From Squalus acanthias (Eukaryota): a stretch of 64,000 bases of DNA. The stretch covers positions 97,528,001 to 97,592,000 of the forward strand of contig CM059431.1 of the NCBI GenBank assembly GCA_030390025.1. Reading direction: 5' to 3'. Of this stretch, positions 38,539-51,805 are shown one piece after another. Made by a program: the position numbers and the translations under genes. How positions within the stretch are numbered: position 1 is the stretch's first letter; every line of letters starts with the position of its first letter. The notes under the pieces were generated by a model that worked only from the letters and a program-made list of their open reading frames with translations, had not been told where the DNA came from and did no database searches.

Positions 38539-41500
38539 GGGGCCAAAATACATGGGTAAAAATACACAGGCCGAAATACACAGGGTAAAAATACACGGGG
38601 TAAAAATACACAAGTTAAAAATACACGAGGTAAAAATATGCAGGGCAAAATACATGGGGTAAAAGTACGTGGGGGCAAAATACACGTGGTGAAAATAGAC
38701 AGGCCAAAATACACAGGGTAAAAATACATGGGCCAATTAACACGGGCAAAAATACACGGATAAAAATACATGGGCCAATATACACGGGCAAAAATACATG
38801 GGCAAAAATACATGGGGTAAAAATTCACAGGGTAAAAATACACGGGCCAAAATAAAACACATGTGCCAAAATACACAGGGTAAAAATACACGGGCCAACA
38901 AACACGGACCAAAATATATGGGGTGAAAATACACGTGCCAAAATACACAGGGTAAAAATACACGGGCCAACAAACACGGACCAAAATACACGGGGCAAAA
39001 TACACAGGGTAAAAAAACACAGGGTAAAAATAAACAGAGTAAAAATACGCGGGGCAAAATACACGGGGTAAAAATAAATGGGCCAAAATACACGGGGTAA
39101 AAATACGCGGGGCAAAATACACGGGGTAAAAATAAACGGGCCAAAATACACAGGGTAAAAATACACGGGCCAAAATACACGGGGTAAAAATACACGAGGT
39201 AAAAATATGCGGGGCAAAATACACGGGGTAAAAGTACGTGGGGGCAAGATACACATGGTAAAAATACACAGGGTAAAACACACAAGCCAAAATACACAGG
39301 GTAAAAATACACGGACCAATTAACACGGGCAAAAATACACGGATAAAAATACATGGGCCAATATACATGGGCAAAAATACACGGGGTAAAAATTCACAGG
39401 GTAAAAATACACGGGCCAAAATACATGGGGCCAAAATACATGTGCCAAAATACACGGGATAAAAATACATGGGTAAAAATACACGGGCCAAAATACACGG
39501 GTAAAAATACACGGGCCAAAATACACAGGGTAAAAATACACGGGCCAACAAACATGAACCAAAATATACGGGGTAAAAATACATGGGTAAAAATACACTG
39601 GGCCAAAATACACAGGGTAAAAATACACAGGCCAACAAACATGGACCAAAATATATGGGGTAAAAATACACAGGGTAAAAATACACGGGCCATAATACAC
39701 GTCAAAATACAGGGGGTAAAAATACACAGGGTAAAAATACACGGGCCGACAAACACGGACCAAAATACACGGGGTAAAAATACACGGGCCAAAATACACG
39801 TGTCAAAATACAGGGGGTAAAAATACACGGGGTAAAAATACACGGGCCAAAATACACAGGATAAAAATACATGAGGTAAAAATCCACGGGGAAAAATACA
39901 CAGGTTAAAAATACACGGGGCCAAAATCCACGGGGAAAAAACCACAGGTAAAAATACACGGGCAAAAATACACATGTCAAAATACACAGGGTAAAAATAC
40001 AAGAGCCAAAATACACGTGTCAAAATACCCGAGTAAAAATACACGAGGTAAAAATCCACAGGGCAAAATACATGGGTTAAAAATACACAGGGTAAAATAC
40101 ATGGGCCAAAATACACAGGGTAAAAATACACAGGGCCAAAATACACAGGGTAAAAATAAACGAGGTAAAAATACCCAGAGGAAAATACACAGGCCAACAT
40201 ACACGGGGTAAAACACACAAGCCAAAATACGCAGGGTAAAAATACACGGACCAATTAACACGGGCAAAAATACACTGATAAAAATACATGGGCCAATATA
40301 CATGGGCAAAAATACATGGGCAAAAATACACGGGGTAAAAATTCACAGGGTAAAAATACACGGGCCAAAATACATGGGGCCAAAATACATGTGCCAAAAT
40401 ACACGGGGTAAAAATACATGGGTAAAAATACACGGGCCAAAATACACAGGGTAAAAATACACGGGCCAACAAACTCGAACCAAAATATACGGGGTAAAAT
40501 ACACTGGGCCAAAATACACATGCCAAAGTACACAGGGTAAAAATACACGGGCCAACAAACATGGACCAAAATATACGGGGTAAAAATACACGGGCCAAAA
40601 TACACATGTCAAAATACAGGGGGTAAAAATACACGGGGTAAAAATACATGGGCCAAAATACACAGGGTAAAAATACACTTGTCAAAATACACAGGGTAAA
40701 AATACATGGGCCAAAATACACAGGCCAAAATACACGGGGTAAAAATACATGGGGTAAAAATACACGGGGCAAAATACACGTGCCAAAATACATGGGGTAA
40801 AAATACAAGGGCCAAAATACACGTGTCAAAATACCCGGGTAAAAATCCACGAGGTAAAAATCCACGGGGCAAAATACATGGGTTAAAAATCCACAGGCCA
40901 AAATACATGGGCCAAAATACACAGGTCAAAATACACAGGCCAAAATACACGGGGTAAAAATACACTCGTTAAAAATCCACGGGGCAAAATACACGGGTTA
41001 AAAATACAGAGGCCAAAATACACAGGCCAAAATACACGGGCTAAAAATACACAGGGCCAAAATACACGGGCCAAAATACATGGGGTTAAATACACAGGCC
41101 AAAATACACGGGTCAAATAACAGTGTAAAATACACGGGCCAAAATACATGGAGTAAAATACACGGGTCAAAATACACAGGCCAAAATACATGGGGTAAAA
41201 ATATACTGCCCAAAATACACGTGTCAAAATACACAGGGTAAAAATACATGGGCCAAAATACACGTGTCAAAATACATGGGGTAAAATACATTGGCCAAAA
41301 TACACAGGGTAAAAATACATGGCCGAAATTACACAGGGTAAAAATACATGGGCCAAAATCCACAGGGTAAATATACACGAGGTAAAAATACGTGGGGCAA
41401 AATACACGGGGTAAAAACACACATGCCAAAATACACGGGCCAAAATACACGGGGCCAAAATACACGGGGCCAAAATACACGGGGCCAAAATACACGGGCC

Positions 41501-43548
41501 AAAATACACGGGGCCAAAATACACAGGCCAAAATACATAGGGTAAAAATACACGGGCCAAAATATATAGGGTAAAAATACACGGGCCAAAATACACAGGT
41601 CAAATACAGTGTAAAATACACGGGCCAAAATACATGGGGTAAAAATACACGGGCCAAAATACACAGGGTAAAAATACATGAGCCAAAATACACAGGCTAA
41701 ATATACATGGGGTAAAAATACAGGGGCCAAAATACGCAGGGTAAAAATACATGGGCCAAATTACACAGGGTAAAAATACATGGGCCAAAATACACAGGGT
41801 AAAAATACACGTGTCAAAACACACAGGGTAAAAATACATGGGCCAAAATACACAGGGTAAAAATACACGTGTCAAAACACACAGGGTAAAAATACATGGC
41901 CCAAATTACACAGGGTAAAAATACATGGACCAAAATACGCAGGGTAAAAATACACTTGTCAAAATACACAGGGTAAAAATACATGGGCCAAAATACACAG
42001 GCTAAATATACACGGGGTAAAAATACATGGGCCAAATACACAGGGTAAAAATACACTTGTCAAAATACACAGGGTAAAAATACATGGGCCAAATACACAG
42101 GCCAAACTACACGGGGTAAAAATACACGGTGTAAAAATACACAGGCCAAAATACACGGGGTAAAAATACACAGGGCCAAAATACACGGGGTAAAAATACA
42201 CAGGCAAAAATACACAGGGTAAAAATACACAGGCCAAAATACACGGGTAAAAATACACGGGGTAAAAATACACGGGGTCAAAATACACTGGTAAAATTAC
42301 GTGGGGCCAAAATACACATGCCAAAATACATGGGTCAAATTACACGGGGTAAAATGCACGGGCCAAAATACACGGGGTAAAATACACATGTCAAAATACA
42401 TGGGCCAAAATACACGGGGTAAAATACATGGGCCAAAATTTACGGGATAAAATACATGGGGTAAAAATACAAGGGCCAAAATACACGTCAAAATACACGG
42501 GGTAAAAATACAAGGGCCAAAATACATGTGTCAAAATACACGGGCCAAAATACATGGGGTAAAATACACAGGCCAAAATTTATGGGATAAAATACACGGG
42601 GTAAAAATTACAAAGGCCAAAATATTCGTGCCAAAATACACGGGCCAAATTACACGTGTTAAACATACACGGGTAAAAATACATGGGGCCAAAATACACA
42701 GGGTAAAATACACGGGCAAAAATACACAGGCCAAAATACACGGGTAAAAATACAAGGGCCAATTTACACGAGCAAAAATACACGGGTAAAAATACACGGG
42801 CCAATATACACGGGCAAAAATACATGGGGTAAAAATTCACGGGTAAAAATACACGGGCGAAAATACACTGGGTAAATATATACAGGATAAAAATACACGG
42901 GCCAAAATACACAGGTAAAAATACACGGGCCAATATGCACGGGCAAAAATACACGGGCCAATATACACGGGCAAAATAAATGGGGTTAAAATTCACAGGG
43001 TAAAAATACATGGGCCAAAATGCACAGGGTAAAATACATATGCCAAAATACACGGGGTAAAAATACACGGGTAAAAATAAACGGGCCAAAATACACAGGG
43101 TAAAATACATGGGCCAAAATACACGGGGTAAAAATACACGTGTCAAAATACATGGGCCAAAATACATGGGGTAAAATGCATGGGCCAAAATACATGGGCC
43201 AAAATACATGGGGTAAAATGCATGGGCCAAAATACATGGGCCAAAATACACGGGGTAAAATACACGGGGTAAAATACATGGTCCAAAATACACGGACCAA
43301 AATACACAGACCAAAATACATGGGTTAAAAATACACGGGCCAAAATACACGGGCAAAAAGACACGAGCCAATATACACAGGGTAAAATTCATGGGTAAAA
43401 ATACACAAGCCAACATGCATGGGGTAAAAATACACGGCGTAAAAATACACAGGGTTGAAATGCATGGGCCAAAATACACGGGGTAAAAATACACGTGCCA
43501 AAATACACGGGGTAAAAATACACGGGCCAAAATACACGGGGTAAAAAT
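38539..43548 (+). repeat. ~5-kb satellite of alternating 14/15-bp units (cacgggccaaaata / cacggggtaaaaata)
   Basis: Direct tandem units; the marker ccaattaacacgggcaaaaatacac recurs at ~38733, ~39316 and ~40251. Confidence 0.95.
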
Positions 43549-43701
43549 AGGCGGCTCCCAGCGGGGGTCGGGTACCCGCCTCCTGGGAAGATAGCACGGA
43601 GGCGGGTTGGGGGCGGGATAGGTACCCGCCCCCAGATTCTGCCATTTTCCCGGCAGTCCCGCCTCCATACCCAGCTCCCCAGGGCTGGCAAAATCACCCC
43701 C
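43538..43701. mobile_element. Short Harbinger-like MITE whose left end coincides with the last satellite unit
   Basis: CAC-GGGGTAAAAAT...AAAATCACCCCC-CAT, GC-rich interior. Confidence 0.5.
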
Positions 43702-44859
43702 CATGAATCAGCGTGGATTCATACACCACGCACTCAATTGTTGTACCTTTAAAGTGCCGTACTGCTTTGGTCGGTCTCGGCTCCTGCTTTGTACATTGTA
43801 AATCCACAGAACTCCAAACCCAGGCTCAGTTTTTCAATAATTGCTTTACTCTATGAGCCTCCTCTTCAATTCAAGTGTCAGTTTATAAACAACATTAAGT
43901 TTGAGCAGGCAAAAAATGTACATTCCCTGGTCTTTGCCCTGGGTCATCTGTGAAACGCCTCTGGGCCAACTCAGTTCGGATTTCCAGCATCTGCAGTATT
44001 TTGCTATCGTATCAGTCAGTCAGTCAGGAGCTGTGAGTGGAGACTGGCTGAAACCACAGAGTCCTTCAATCACAATGAGCCCGAAGGGATGAGGAGCAGG
44101 GCTGATGCGCCAATATCAGTCTGTCACACTCAGCTCGGAGAGCGAGCCACAATCAACTCACCACTCGGTGCCGGGAGAAGCTCGACAAGTCAATAATCAT
44201 CATATCCCGACAAAAGTGCATCAGCCAAGGAATGGACGGTAGAAAGTTACCGTTGTTACTTTCTGCCTCTCTAATTCTTACTGTACGACAGAGTCTGTTG
44301 GGGAAGAGCTTGAATACATTATCAAGGCCGACACAAAGGAGCTTATTGGCCTTTAATGGCTTTCCCAGCAGCAAAAACTAAAACTCAATTTCATTTCATC
44401 TCAAATTTGATTACAAGATGAAGAACACGTCGCTGGACCAAGTCCCAGAGGATTGTATTCAGCCCATTGAAGACTAAAACACAGACAGTAATTATTACAG
44501 TGCCGCTTAGCAGAAGAGGGGGATTGAATCTGCTCTCATCACTCACTGTTGTGTAGAGTGTGGAGGCTGGAAATTAATGGCAGGCCGTGGAGACCAGTAC
44601 TGAACGCTCACAATAGGTGTCAAGTTTAAACAATCACAACAGTTTGAACAGATGTGGAGGCTGCAGCTGATTGATTCGGAGATTTCAAAAGCAGGACAGT
44701 TTGATCAGAGCTTCAAAGAATATTGCTCCACAGGTTACCAGGAGTTATCATTTAAATGAATCTATGGCCAAATCTCATCAGTAAAATGACAGTTTGGAAA
44801 TGGAATAAAGCATGATTTGCCAAACTCAGCATTTCTAAACCTTGAAGTAACCAAATAAA

Positions 44860-45135
44860 TAGATCATCCCAACAGATGAGACGTTAAACCGAAGGAGAGC
44901 AGGGGAGTTCTCCCCGGTGTCCTGGGGCCAATATTTATCCCTCAACCAACATCACTAAAAAGATTATCTGGTCATTTATCTCATTCCTGTTTGTGGGATC
45001 TTGCTGTGCGCAAATTGGCCGCCACGTTTCCTACATTACAACAGTGACTGTACTGCGAAAATACTTCATTGGCTGTAAAGCACTTTGGGACGTCCTGAGG
45101 TGGTGAAAGGCGCTATAGAAATGCAAGTCTTTATT
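44860..45135 (+). mobile_element. DeuSINE 3' part
   Basis: gatgagacgttaaaccg...gtgaaaggcgctatagaaatgcaagt. Confidence 0.8.
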
Positions 45136-45235
45136 TATTTCACTGCCAACAGTATAATTAGAGGTGAAAGTGCACAAAATAAAACGATGGCATATTTCCT
45201 TTTCCAAAGATTATTAACTATGAGCAAATAATAAC

Positions 45236-46530
45236 GGGCTGAATTTTCCTCGTCAGTACCAGACTATGGCCGGAATTTCCCGGGGGGTCAGCAGGGCGCG
45301 ATCGGTGGCGGGTCGGGTGGGAAAGTGGTTTTTTTTGACAGCAGTTCGGGACCCCGCTGTCAACCCGCCGCAACGCGCCTTTCCCAATGCCGGGTCTGTC
45401 AGCGCTGAGCAGACCCGACAGGCAGCGACGGGCGACCCAACAAACATTATAATGTACTTAACAGACCCTTAACAGGCTTTTAACTTTAACATGGCCAGGT
45501 TTACTTCACTTGATGCTGTATGTACACCCTGGCTGCCACATGATGCGCCAAGTTGGCACCACCCCACACCAACACCATAAAGCATCCCTACAATGTCCAA
45601 GCCATTCCTTTCACATTCACCACCATAGGAGGGGTACCGTTATGTCTCACCATTTACTGCAACTCACTAAGCCACTGCCAAAGGTGCACACAAATCTGTC
45701 CAAGAACGTAAAGTGTTGAAAATAAAGGTTTCAGTGTTTGACACCATATTAACAAAAACTTTACATGAACATTGGATAAAACACCCAAGTGGCTACCCTT
45801 GTGTGTTGTTAGTTGGTATGATTGCACTAGGATGAGGGTAAGTGTGAGGGGTGGCTAGTGAGATGGGGATGTGATAATGTAGATAGAAAGAGGGATGGGT
45901 GGATGTGCAAGGTAAGTTGGTGTGAGTAAGGATGTGCAGGAGTAGGGTAGGGAAGGCAGAGTGATGGGGATGTGATGAGAGGCACAGCAGGATGCAGTTG
46001 AGTGTGGCTTTGTACGAACGTTTCCTGATCTACTGAGATCATTGAAACGTTTGCACCACTGCAGCCTGGTCCTCCTGACAACATCCCTGCTTGTTCCCTC
46101 CTCTGCAATGTGCAACCAGGCTGTGTTGGTCTCCTGAAGAGGTCTCTTCCGACCATGGAAAGGGAAGAGGACCTCCCTGCGTGCTGTGACTCCCTCCATA
46201 AGCATATGTAGGGAGAACCTGGGTGCAGCCCTGCACCTCTGTGCAGTGATTGTCAGTGTTTGCAGCACCTCAATGCTGTAGAACACTGACAGCACAAACG
46301 TTAAAAGTAAGGTGGCCATGGTTCTTTTAAGGAAACTGGCTGGTGACGCATCATGAATGACATCACCAGGCCCGCTTCCTCTAATTGGACCAGGAAACGT
46401 GCTGGGCGGGCTTAACAAGCCTTATCAATGTAAATTCATTTTAGGAGGGGGGATGGAGCCAGTAGCGGGGCCGTGACCCGCCACCGACATTGCCCGCCAT
46501 GGACCTGCCAAGGTGAGCAAAATCCCAGAC
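45236..46530 (-). mobile_element. Harbinger-derived element with a Myb/SANT-like DNA-binding gene remnant (~46020-46235)
   Basis: APRFS...EGVTARREVLFP..GRKRP...AWLHIAEE...RTRLQWCKRFNDL; ends gggctgaatttt / aaaatcccagac. Confidence 0.7.
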
Positions 46531-46726
46531 TATGAGTTTGATAGGATGGAAACGCACTGCAAAATGGATAGAGGGAAAATCGTCGGCAGCTAGTGCCCGA
46601 TTTTGTGATAAGGACAAACCCCTCGGCACTGACGAGGGAATCTATATCCTCAGGACGCTTCACAACCAGAGTGGAGCATCGTGTGGATGTGACAAGCGCT
46701 ACATAAATGCAAGTTCTTTCCTTCTA

Positions 46727-46915
46727 AAAGATCCCACAGCCACTATTTCAAAGAAGAACAGGGGAGTTCTCCCTGGTGTCCTGGGCCAATATTTATCCCT
46801 AGAACAGATTATCTGGTCATTATCTCAGTGCTGTTTGTGGGAGCTTGCTGTGCACAAGTTGGCTGTCGCGTTTCCCACATTACAACAGTGACTACACTTC
46901 AAAAGTACTTCATTG
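46727..46915 (+). mobile_element. Internal DeuSINE piece joined directly to the downstream L2
   Basis: aaagatccca...caaaagtacttcattg, then L2 coding sequence. Confidence 0.75.
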
Positions 46916-46917
46916 TA

Positions 46918-48248
46918 CACGCCCTTGCCACAGTACTGAAACGGCTCTCATCAAAATCACAAATGACATCCTTTGTGACTGTGACAAAGGTAAACTATCC
47001 CTCCTCGTCCTTCTTGACTTGTCTGCAGTCTTTGACACGGTTGACTACTCCATCCTTCTCCAACACCTCTCCACCGTCGTCCAGCTGGGTGGGACTGCAC
47101 TCGCCTGGTTCCAAACTTATCTATCTAATCGTAGCCAGAGAATCACCGGCAATGGCCTATCTTCCCACTCCCGCATCGTTACCTCTGGTGTCCCCCAAGG
47201 ATCTATCCTTGGTCCCCTCCTATTTCTCATCTACATGTTGCCCCTTGGCGACATCATCCGAAAACACAGCGTCAGTTTCCACATGTACGCTGATGACACC
47301 CAGCTCTACCTCACCACCACCTCTCTCGACCCCTCCACGGTCTCTAAATTGTCAGACTGCTTGTCCGACATCCAGTTCTGGATGAGCAGAAATTTTCTCC
47401 AATTAAATATTGGAAGATCAAAGCCATTGTTTTCGGTCCCCGCCACAAACTCCGTTCACTAGCCACTGACTCCATCCCTCTCACTAACATCTGTCTGAGG
47501 CTGAACCACACTGTTCGCAACCTTGGTGTCAGATTTGACCCTGAAATGAGCTCCGACCACATATCGCAGCATAACAAAGACCGCCTACTTCCACCTCTGT
47601 AACATTGCCTGTCTCCGCCCTTGCCTCAGTTCATCCGCTGCTGAAACCCTCATCCATGCCTTTGTTACCTCTAGACTTGACTATTCCAACGCATTCCTGG
47701 CTGGTATCCCACATTCTACCCTACGTAAACTTGAGGTCATCCAAAACTCGGCTGCCCGTGTCCTAAGTCGCACCAAGTCCCGCTCGCCCATCACCCCTGT
47801 GCTCGCTGACCTGCATTGGCTCCCGGTTAAGCAGCGCCTCGATTTCAAAATTCTCATCCTTGTTTTCAAATCCCTCCATGTCCTCGCCCTCTCCCTATCT
47901 CTGTAATCTCCTTCAGCTCCACAAACCCCCGAGATATCTGCGCTCCTCTAATTCTGCCCTCTTGAGCATCCCTGATTATAATCGCTCCACCATTGGTGGC
48001 CGTGCCTTCTGTTGCCTAGGCCCTAAGCTCTGGAATTCCCTGCCTAAACCTCACCGCCTCGCTACCTCTCTCTCCTCCTTTAAGACCCTCCTTAAAACCT
48101 ACCTCTTTGACCAAGCTTTTGGTCACCTGCCCTAATTTATCCTTATGTGGATCGGTGTCAAATGTTTTGTCTTAAAATACTCCTGTGAAGCGCCTTGGGA
48201 CGTTTTACTACATTAAAGGCGCTATATAAATGCAAGTTCTTTCTTTCT
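46918..48248 (+). mobile_element. 5'-truncated L2 LINE (RT fragment plus tail)
   Basis: HSTETAL, LLDLSAVFDTV, GVPQGSILGP, YADDTQLY, LHWLPV; tail aaaggcgctatataaatgcaagttctttc. Confidence 0.93.
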
Positions 48249-48892
48249 AAATGTATGTGCTTTTTTGGGGTTTATTTTGTGGTGACTCATTCTTAATCTG
48301 CAAGAATAGTATCTGTACTATCCTGACCCCAGCTTTAGCCAAGTGTGAACCGCTCCCTATTTTAAGTATTGCATTAGACATTCATTTTTGTCTTTTGCCA
48401 TCCCTTTGTATTTATGCAGGAATATTTAACCACGCACAATAGGTGACTTTATTCATTATTCATCTTGAACCAGGCTCGTGTGGCAATTTGAAAAGTGCGA
48501 CATTTCAGCGTTCTGCTAACACTGGTAAAATTACATCCTTTGCTTTGTGAATCAATGAAGTAGAATCAGTGCGAACAAAGGGGTCAAATTGCCTTGTCAC
48601 TTTAATAAGACCACCTTGGCATCAGGTCCTCTGGTGTCTCAGTCGTGTTTCCAATTAATCGAACATCTACTCACCATCCTTCACTTTCTCCCAGATAGAT
48701 GACCCATGGCAGTGTGTCACAGGCAAAGCATCTTATAAACAGTGTACACACATCAACACAAATCACCTCACACTGTGTCCCAGAACCACGGAAACACACT
48801 TCACAATGGCCAAATTTAGCAACAACAGTCTTCCACATGTGGGGAGTTGTATAATACTGTCTGTGCAACCTGGCCAGCAGTTAAAGTCTGTT

Positions 48893-49213
48893 AGAAAAAC
48901 AGAAAATGCTGGAAATACTCAGCAGGTCAGGCAGCATCTGTGGAGAGAGAAACAGAGTTAACGTTTCAGGTCGATGACCCTTCGTTAGAACTGGAAAAAG
49001 TTGGAGATGGAACAGGTTTTTAAGCAAGTGCAGGGGCAGGGAAAGGGGGGAGGGGAGGAAAGAACAAAAGGGAAGGTCTGTGATAGGGTGGAAGGCAGGA
49101 GAGATTAAGAGATGGTGCAAGGCAAAACGAGATGCTGCCTGACCTGCTGAGTATTTCCAGCATTTTCTGTTTATATTTCAGATTTCCAGCATCCGCAGTA
49201 TTTTGCTTTTGAA
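48893..49213. mobile_element. Short Penelope-type insertion with inverted structure and a 12-bp TSD
   Basis: TTAAAGTCTGTT at 48881-48892 and 49214-49225; minus-strand PLE tail 48893-49125 followed by a plus-strand copy of the same tail (49130-49210). Confidence 0.8.
48957..48992 (-). ncRNA. Degenerate minimal hammerhead-like motif from a second Penelope family; a more decayed + strand copy lies at ~49272-49307
   Basis: AGUU-CUAACGA-A-GGGUC-AUC-GACCU-GAA-ACGU-U-AACU; core CUGA changed to CUAA. Confidence 0.5.
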
Positions 49214-50319
49214 TTAAAGTCTGTTGTCAGCAAGTTATCTTTTGATTAAAAGCATAACCCAGTAACAACCTATTCTGGCAAAAGGTCATCGAGCTGAAAC
49301 GTTAACTCTGTTTCTCTCCCCACAGATGCTGCCTGACCCGCTGAGTATTTCCACATTTTCTGTTTTTAACGCAATAATAGCTGTTCAGACTCGAGAGCAG
49401 AGAGTGAAATATGGTGAAAAACCATTTATTGCCAGTGCCTGTAAATTATAGAACCTCGGTCTTATAGCGAAACATGTAGAGATTTATTTAGCCAAAGACC
49501 ACTGCCCACGAACAGCTCCTTGCCAAAGAGTTACTTGCACTGGGCAATATTTTCCTCTTTATTGCAAACAAAAGGTTAAATATTCTTATTCCGCAGATTC
49601 CAAGGTGGTGGATGCGTGCAATTCTACCATCTGAGAGTTAGTGTAACAAGGTATTGTTAGCAGGAACGACAAACACCCAATCACAAAGCATCTGTAAGAA
49701 TGATCCCATCAGCGGGTTTAACCATTCATTGAATAGATGGAAACAAAGGATTCCAGAAAGCGCATTGATGGGCTGGGTTTTAGAATTACTTGTAGGGTAG
49801 ACTTGGAATATTTGTCACCATAAGAATGCTGGCGGGTATTCAGATATGAGGGCCACCTTCTTCAGCACAAAGCTGAACAAATCACACGGCATGTTTGTAT
49901 TTGAATTGAATGGCTTGACTCCTTCCTCAAGCAAAATGCCCAACAAACTGAGCCATCATTGCAACAATATATTATGTTAAACTGGGACATTATTTCTGTG
50001 CGGGAAGATAGCTTTAACCCCTAATGTACTGACAGAATTAAAGACTGTGCGCACATCAACTTGTCGGGCGGATTTGAACTCCTAACCTCTGGGTTTGCTA
50101 GTCCAGTACCATAACCACTAGACTACCTTACCTAGCTAGGATGTGAACTGGGTACGAGTGATGTAAATTGTGGCAAGTCTTTCTGATGAAGAATTTCAGT
50201 AGGTCGTCCTCATGATTCCACCTCTGAACTGTCTCTGATCCTGGACATGAATCACTGCTCCAGCTGTGGGGTGGGGCTCGCTAGATACAGACGGAGGAGT
50301 GAATACCATACTGACCCCA

Positions 50320-50735
50320 TCATAGGAAAAGGAGGAGGCCATTGAGCCTGTTCCGCCATCCAATGAGATCATGGCTGATCTGCGACCTGCCTTTGGCCCA
50401 TATACCTTAATAACTTTGGTCAACAAAAATCTATTAATCTCAGATTTAAAATTAACAATTGATCTAGCATCAATTGCCATTTGCGGAAGAGAGTTCCAAA
50501 CTTCTACCACCCTTTGCGTGTAGAAATGTTTCCTAATTTCACTCCTGAAAGGCCTGGCTCTAATTTTTAGACTATGCCCCCTAGTCCTAGACTCCCCAAC
50601 CAGCGGAAATAGTTTCTCTCTATCTACGCTATTAGTTCCCTTTAATATCCTGAAAACTTCGATCAGATCACCCCTTAACCTTCTAAATTCTAGGGAATAC
50701 AACCCTAATTTGTGGAATCTCTCCTCGTAATTTAA
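50320..50735 (-). mobile_element. CR1 3' fragment
   Basis: YSLEFRRLRGDLIEVFRIL...FYTQRVV. Confidence 0.9.
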
Positions 50736-51116
50736 TCTGTAATTTCATCAAACTGTGCTGCCACCTCATGAGTGTCAGTGAGAGCAGTGTGGTCGCCCAC
50801 TGATCCAATGCCTAGATTGGAACCAGTGGCAAATTCAGGGATTCCCTTAGGAACGCGAATCAAAGAAACATGCGTGGAGTCCAACACGATGGTGGGAAAA
50901 CCGGGAACACCGTGAACTAGGCAATTTCAGGTGAGATCAGCGAGGACGCCCCACAATGACCAGGTACCACGGTATACAAATGACCAGCTTGTGATTTACA
51001 TCTTGTACACAAGTTCTATTGATAAATCTACACACCAGTTAGCTTGAGTGGAAGTATATGGGATGTAAACAGAAACAATTCAGTCAGGATAAGGAATTCT
51101 GCTTTCAGTTAATAAT

Positions 51117-51122
51117 TTTATT
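51117..51122 (-). promoter_or_regulatory. Candidate polyadenylation signal (AATAAA) for the PIX gene, which would give a ~3.8-kb 3'UTR; another candidate lies at 54375-54380
   Basis: TTTATT on +; minus-strand context tgtaaatagatctAATAAAattatt is AU-rich. No transcript evidence. Confidence 0.3.
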
Positions 51123-51651
51123 AGATCTATTTACACGGAAAATCCTGAATTACAAATAGCAGTCGACCACAGAAATCTTATTACATCAGGAAATATGTTT
51201 AATCCTCATATTACACCTCTCACAAATGGGGAAATGCTGAGACACATTGCGGCAGGTTTCTATAAAACAGACATTTCAGATTGTCTGCCCGTTATAAAAC
51301 CCGCTCAATGATCACGAGATATTTCACAGAGTCCCTATAATCACAACTCAGTGACTCGAGGAGACGGGACTGGAGAACCAGGACTGCCAGCCTGATCTTA
51401 CCAGACAGCAAGCTGATGAAAAAAGAAATATTCAAAAAGGGACGTCGTAATTAATCAAAACCGTCATTCAAAAACAGATCCAGCACCTCATCACCATTAA
51501 CTATAGGAATGTAGAGGACTGGAAATGAGAGCTTCACTCAACAAGTCCCAGGAAATATCACAGCCCACAATACCCTTGTATTATATTAACTAGGAATGGA
51601 TCATTAATGGTGGTTAAAGACTTGAGCAAAAGCAATGTCCTAGTTAGAAAG

Positions 51652-51747
51652 TCCTCACTTCACCTGAGGAAGGAGCAATCGATAGCTCCGAAAGCTTGTG
51701 ATTTCAAATAAAACTGTTGGACTATAACCTGGTGTTGTGCGACCTCT
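51652..51747 (+). mobile_element. 96-bp Penelope 3'-end insertion (hammerhead plus terminal sequence) with a 12-bp TSD
   Basis: CTAGTTAGAAAG at 51640-51651 and 51748-51759; interior matches 26062-26140. Confidence 0.88.
51660..51701 (+). ncRNA. Minimal hammerhead ribozyme motif with intact CUGANGA and GAAA core
   Basis: UCAC-CUGAGGA-A-GGAGC-AAUCGAUA-GCUCC-GAA-AGCU-U-GUGA. Confidence 0.72.
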
Positions 51748-51805
51748 CTAGTTAGAAAGAGCATGAGCTGTTAGTCCTTCATCCTTTATCTGATGCATTA
51801 GCAGA

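Noticed and set aside
38476..43704. Many hydrophobic ORFs (VYFYP/CILARVF) as membrane proteins
   Set aside because: Overlapping frames of a low-complexity satellite.
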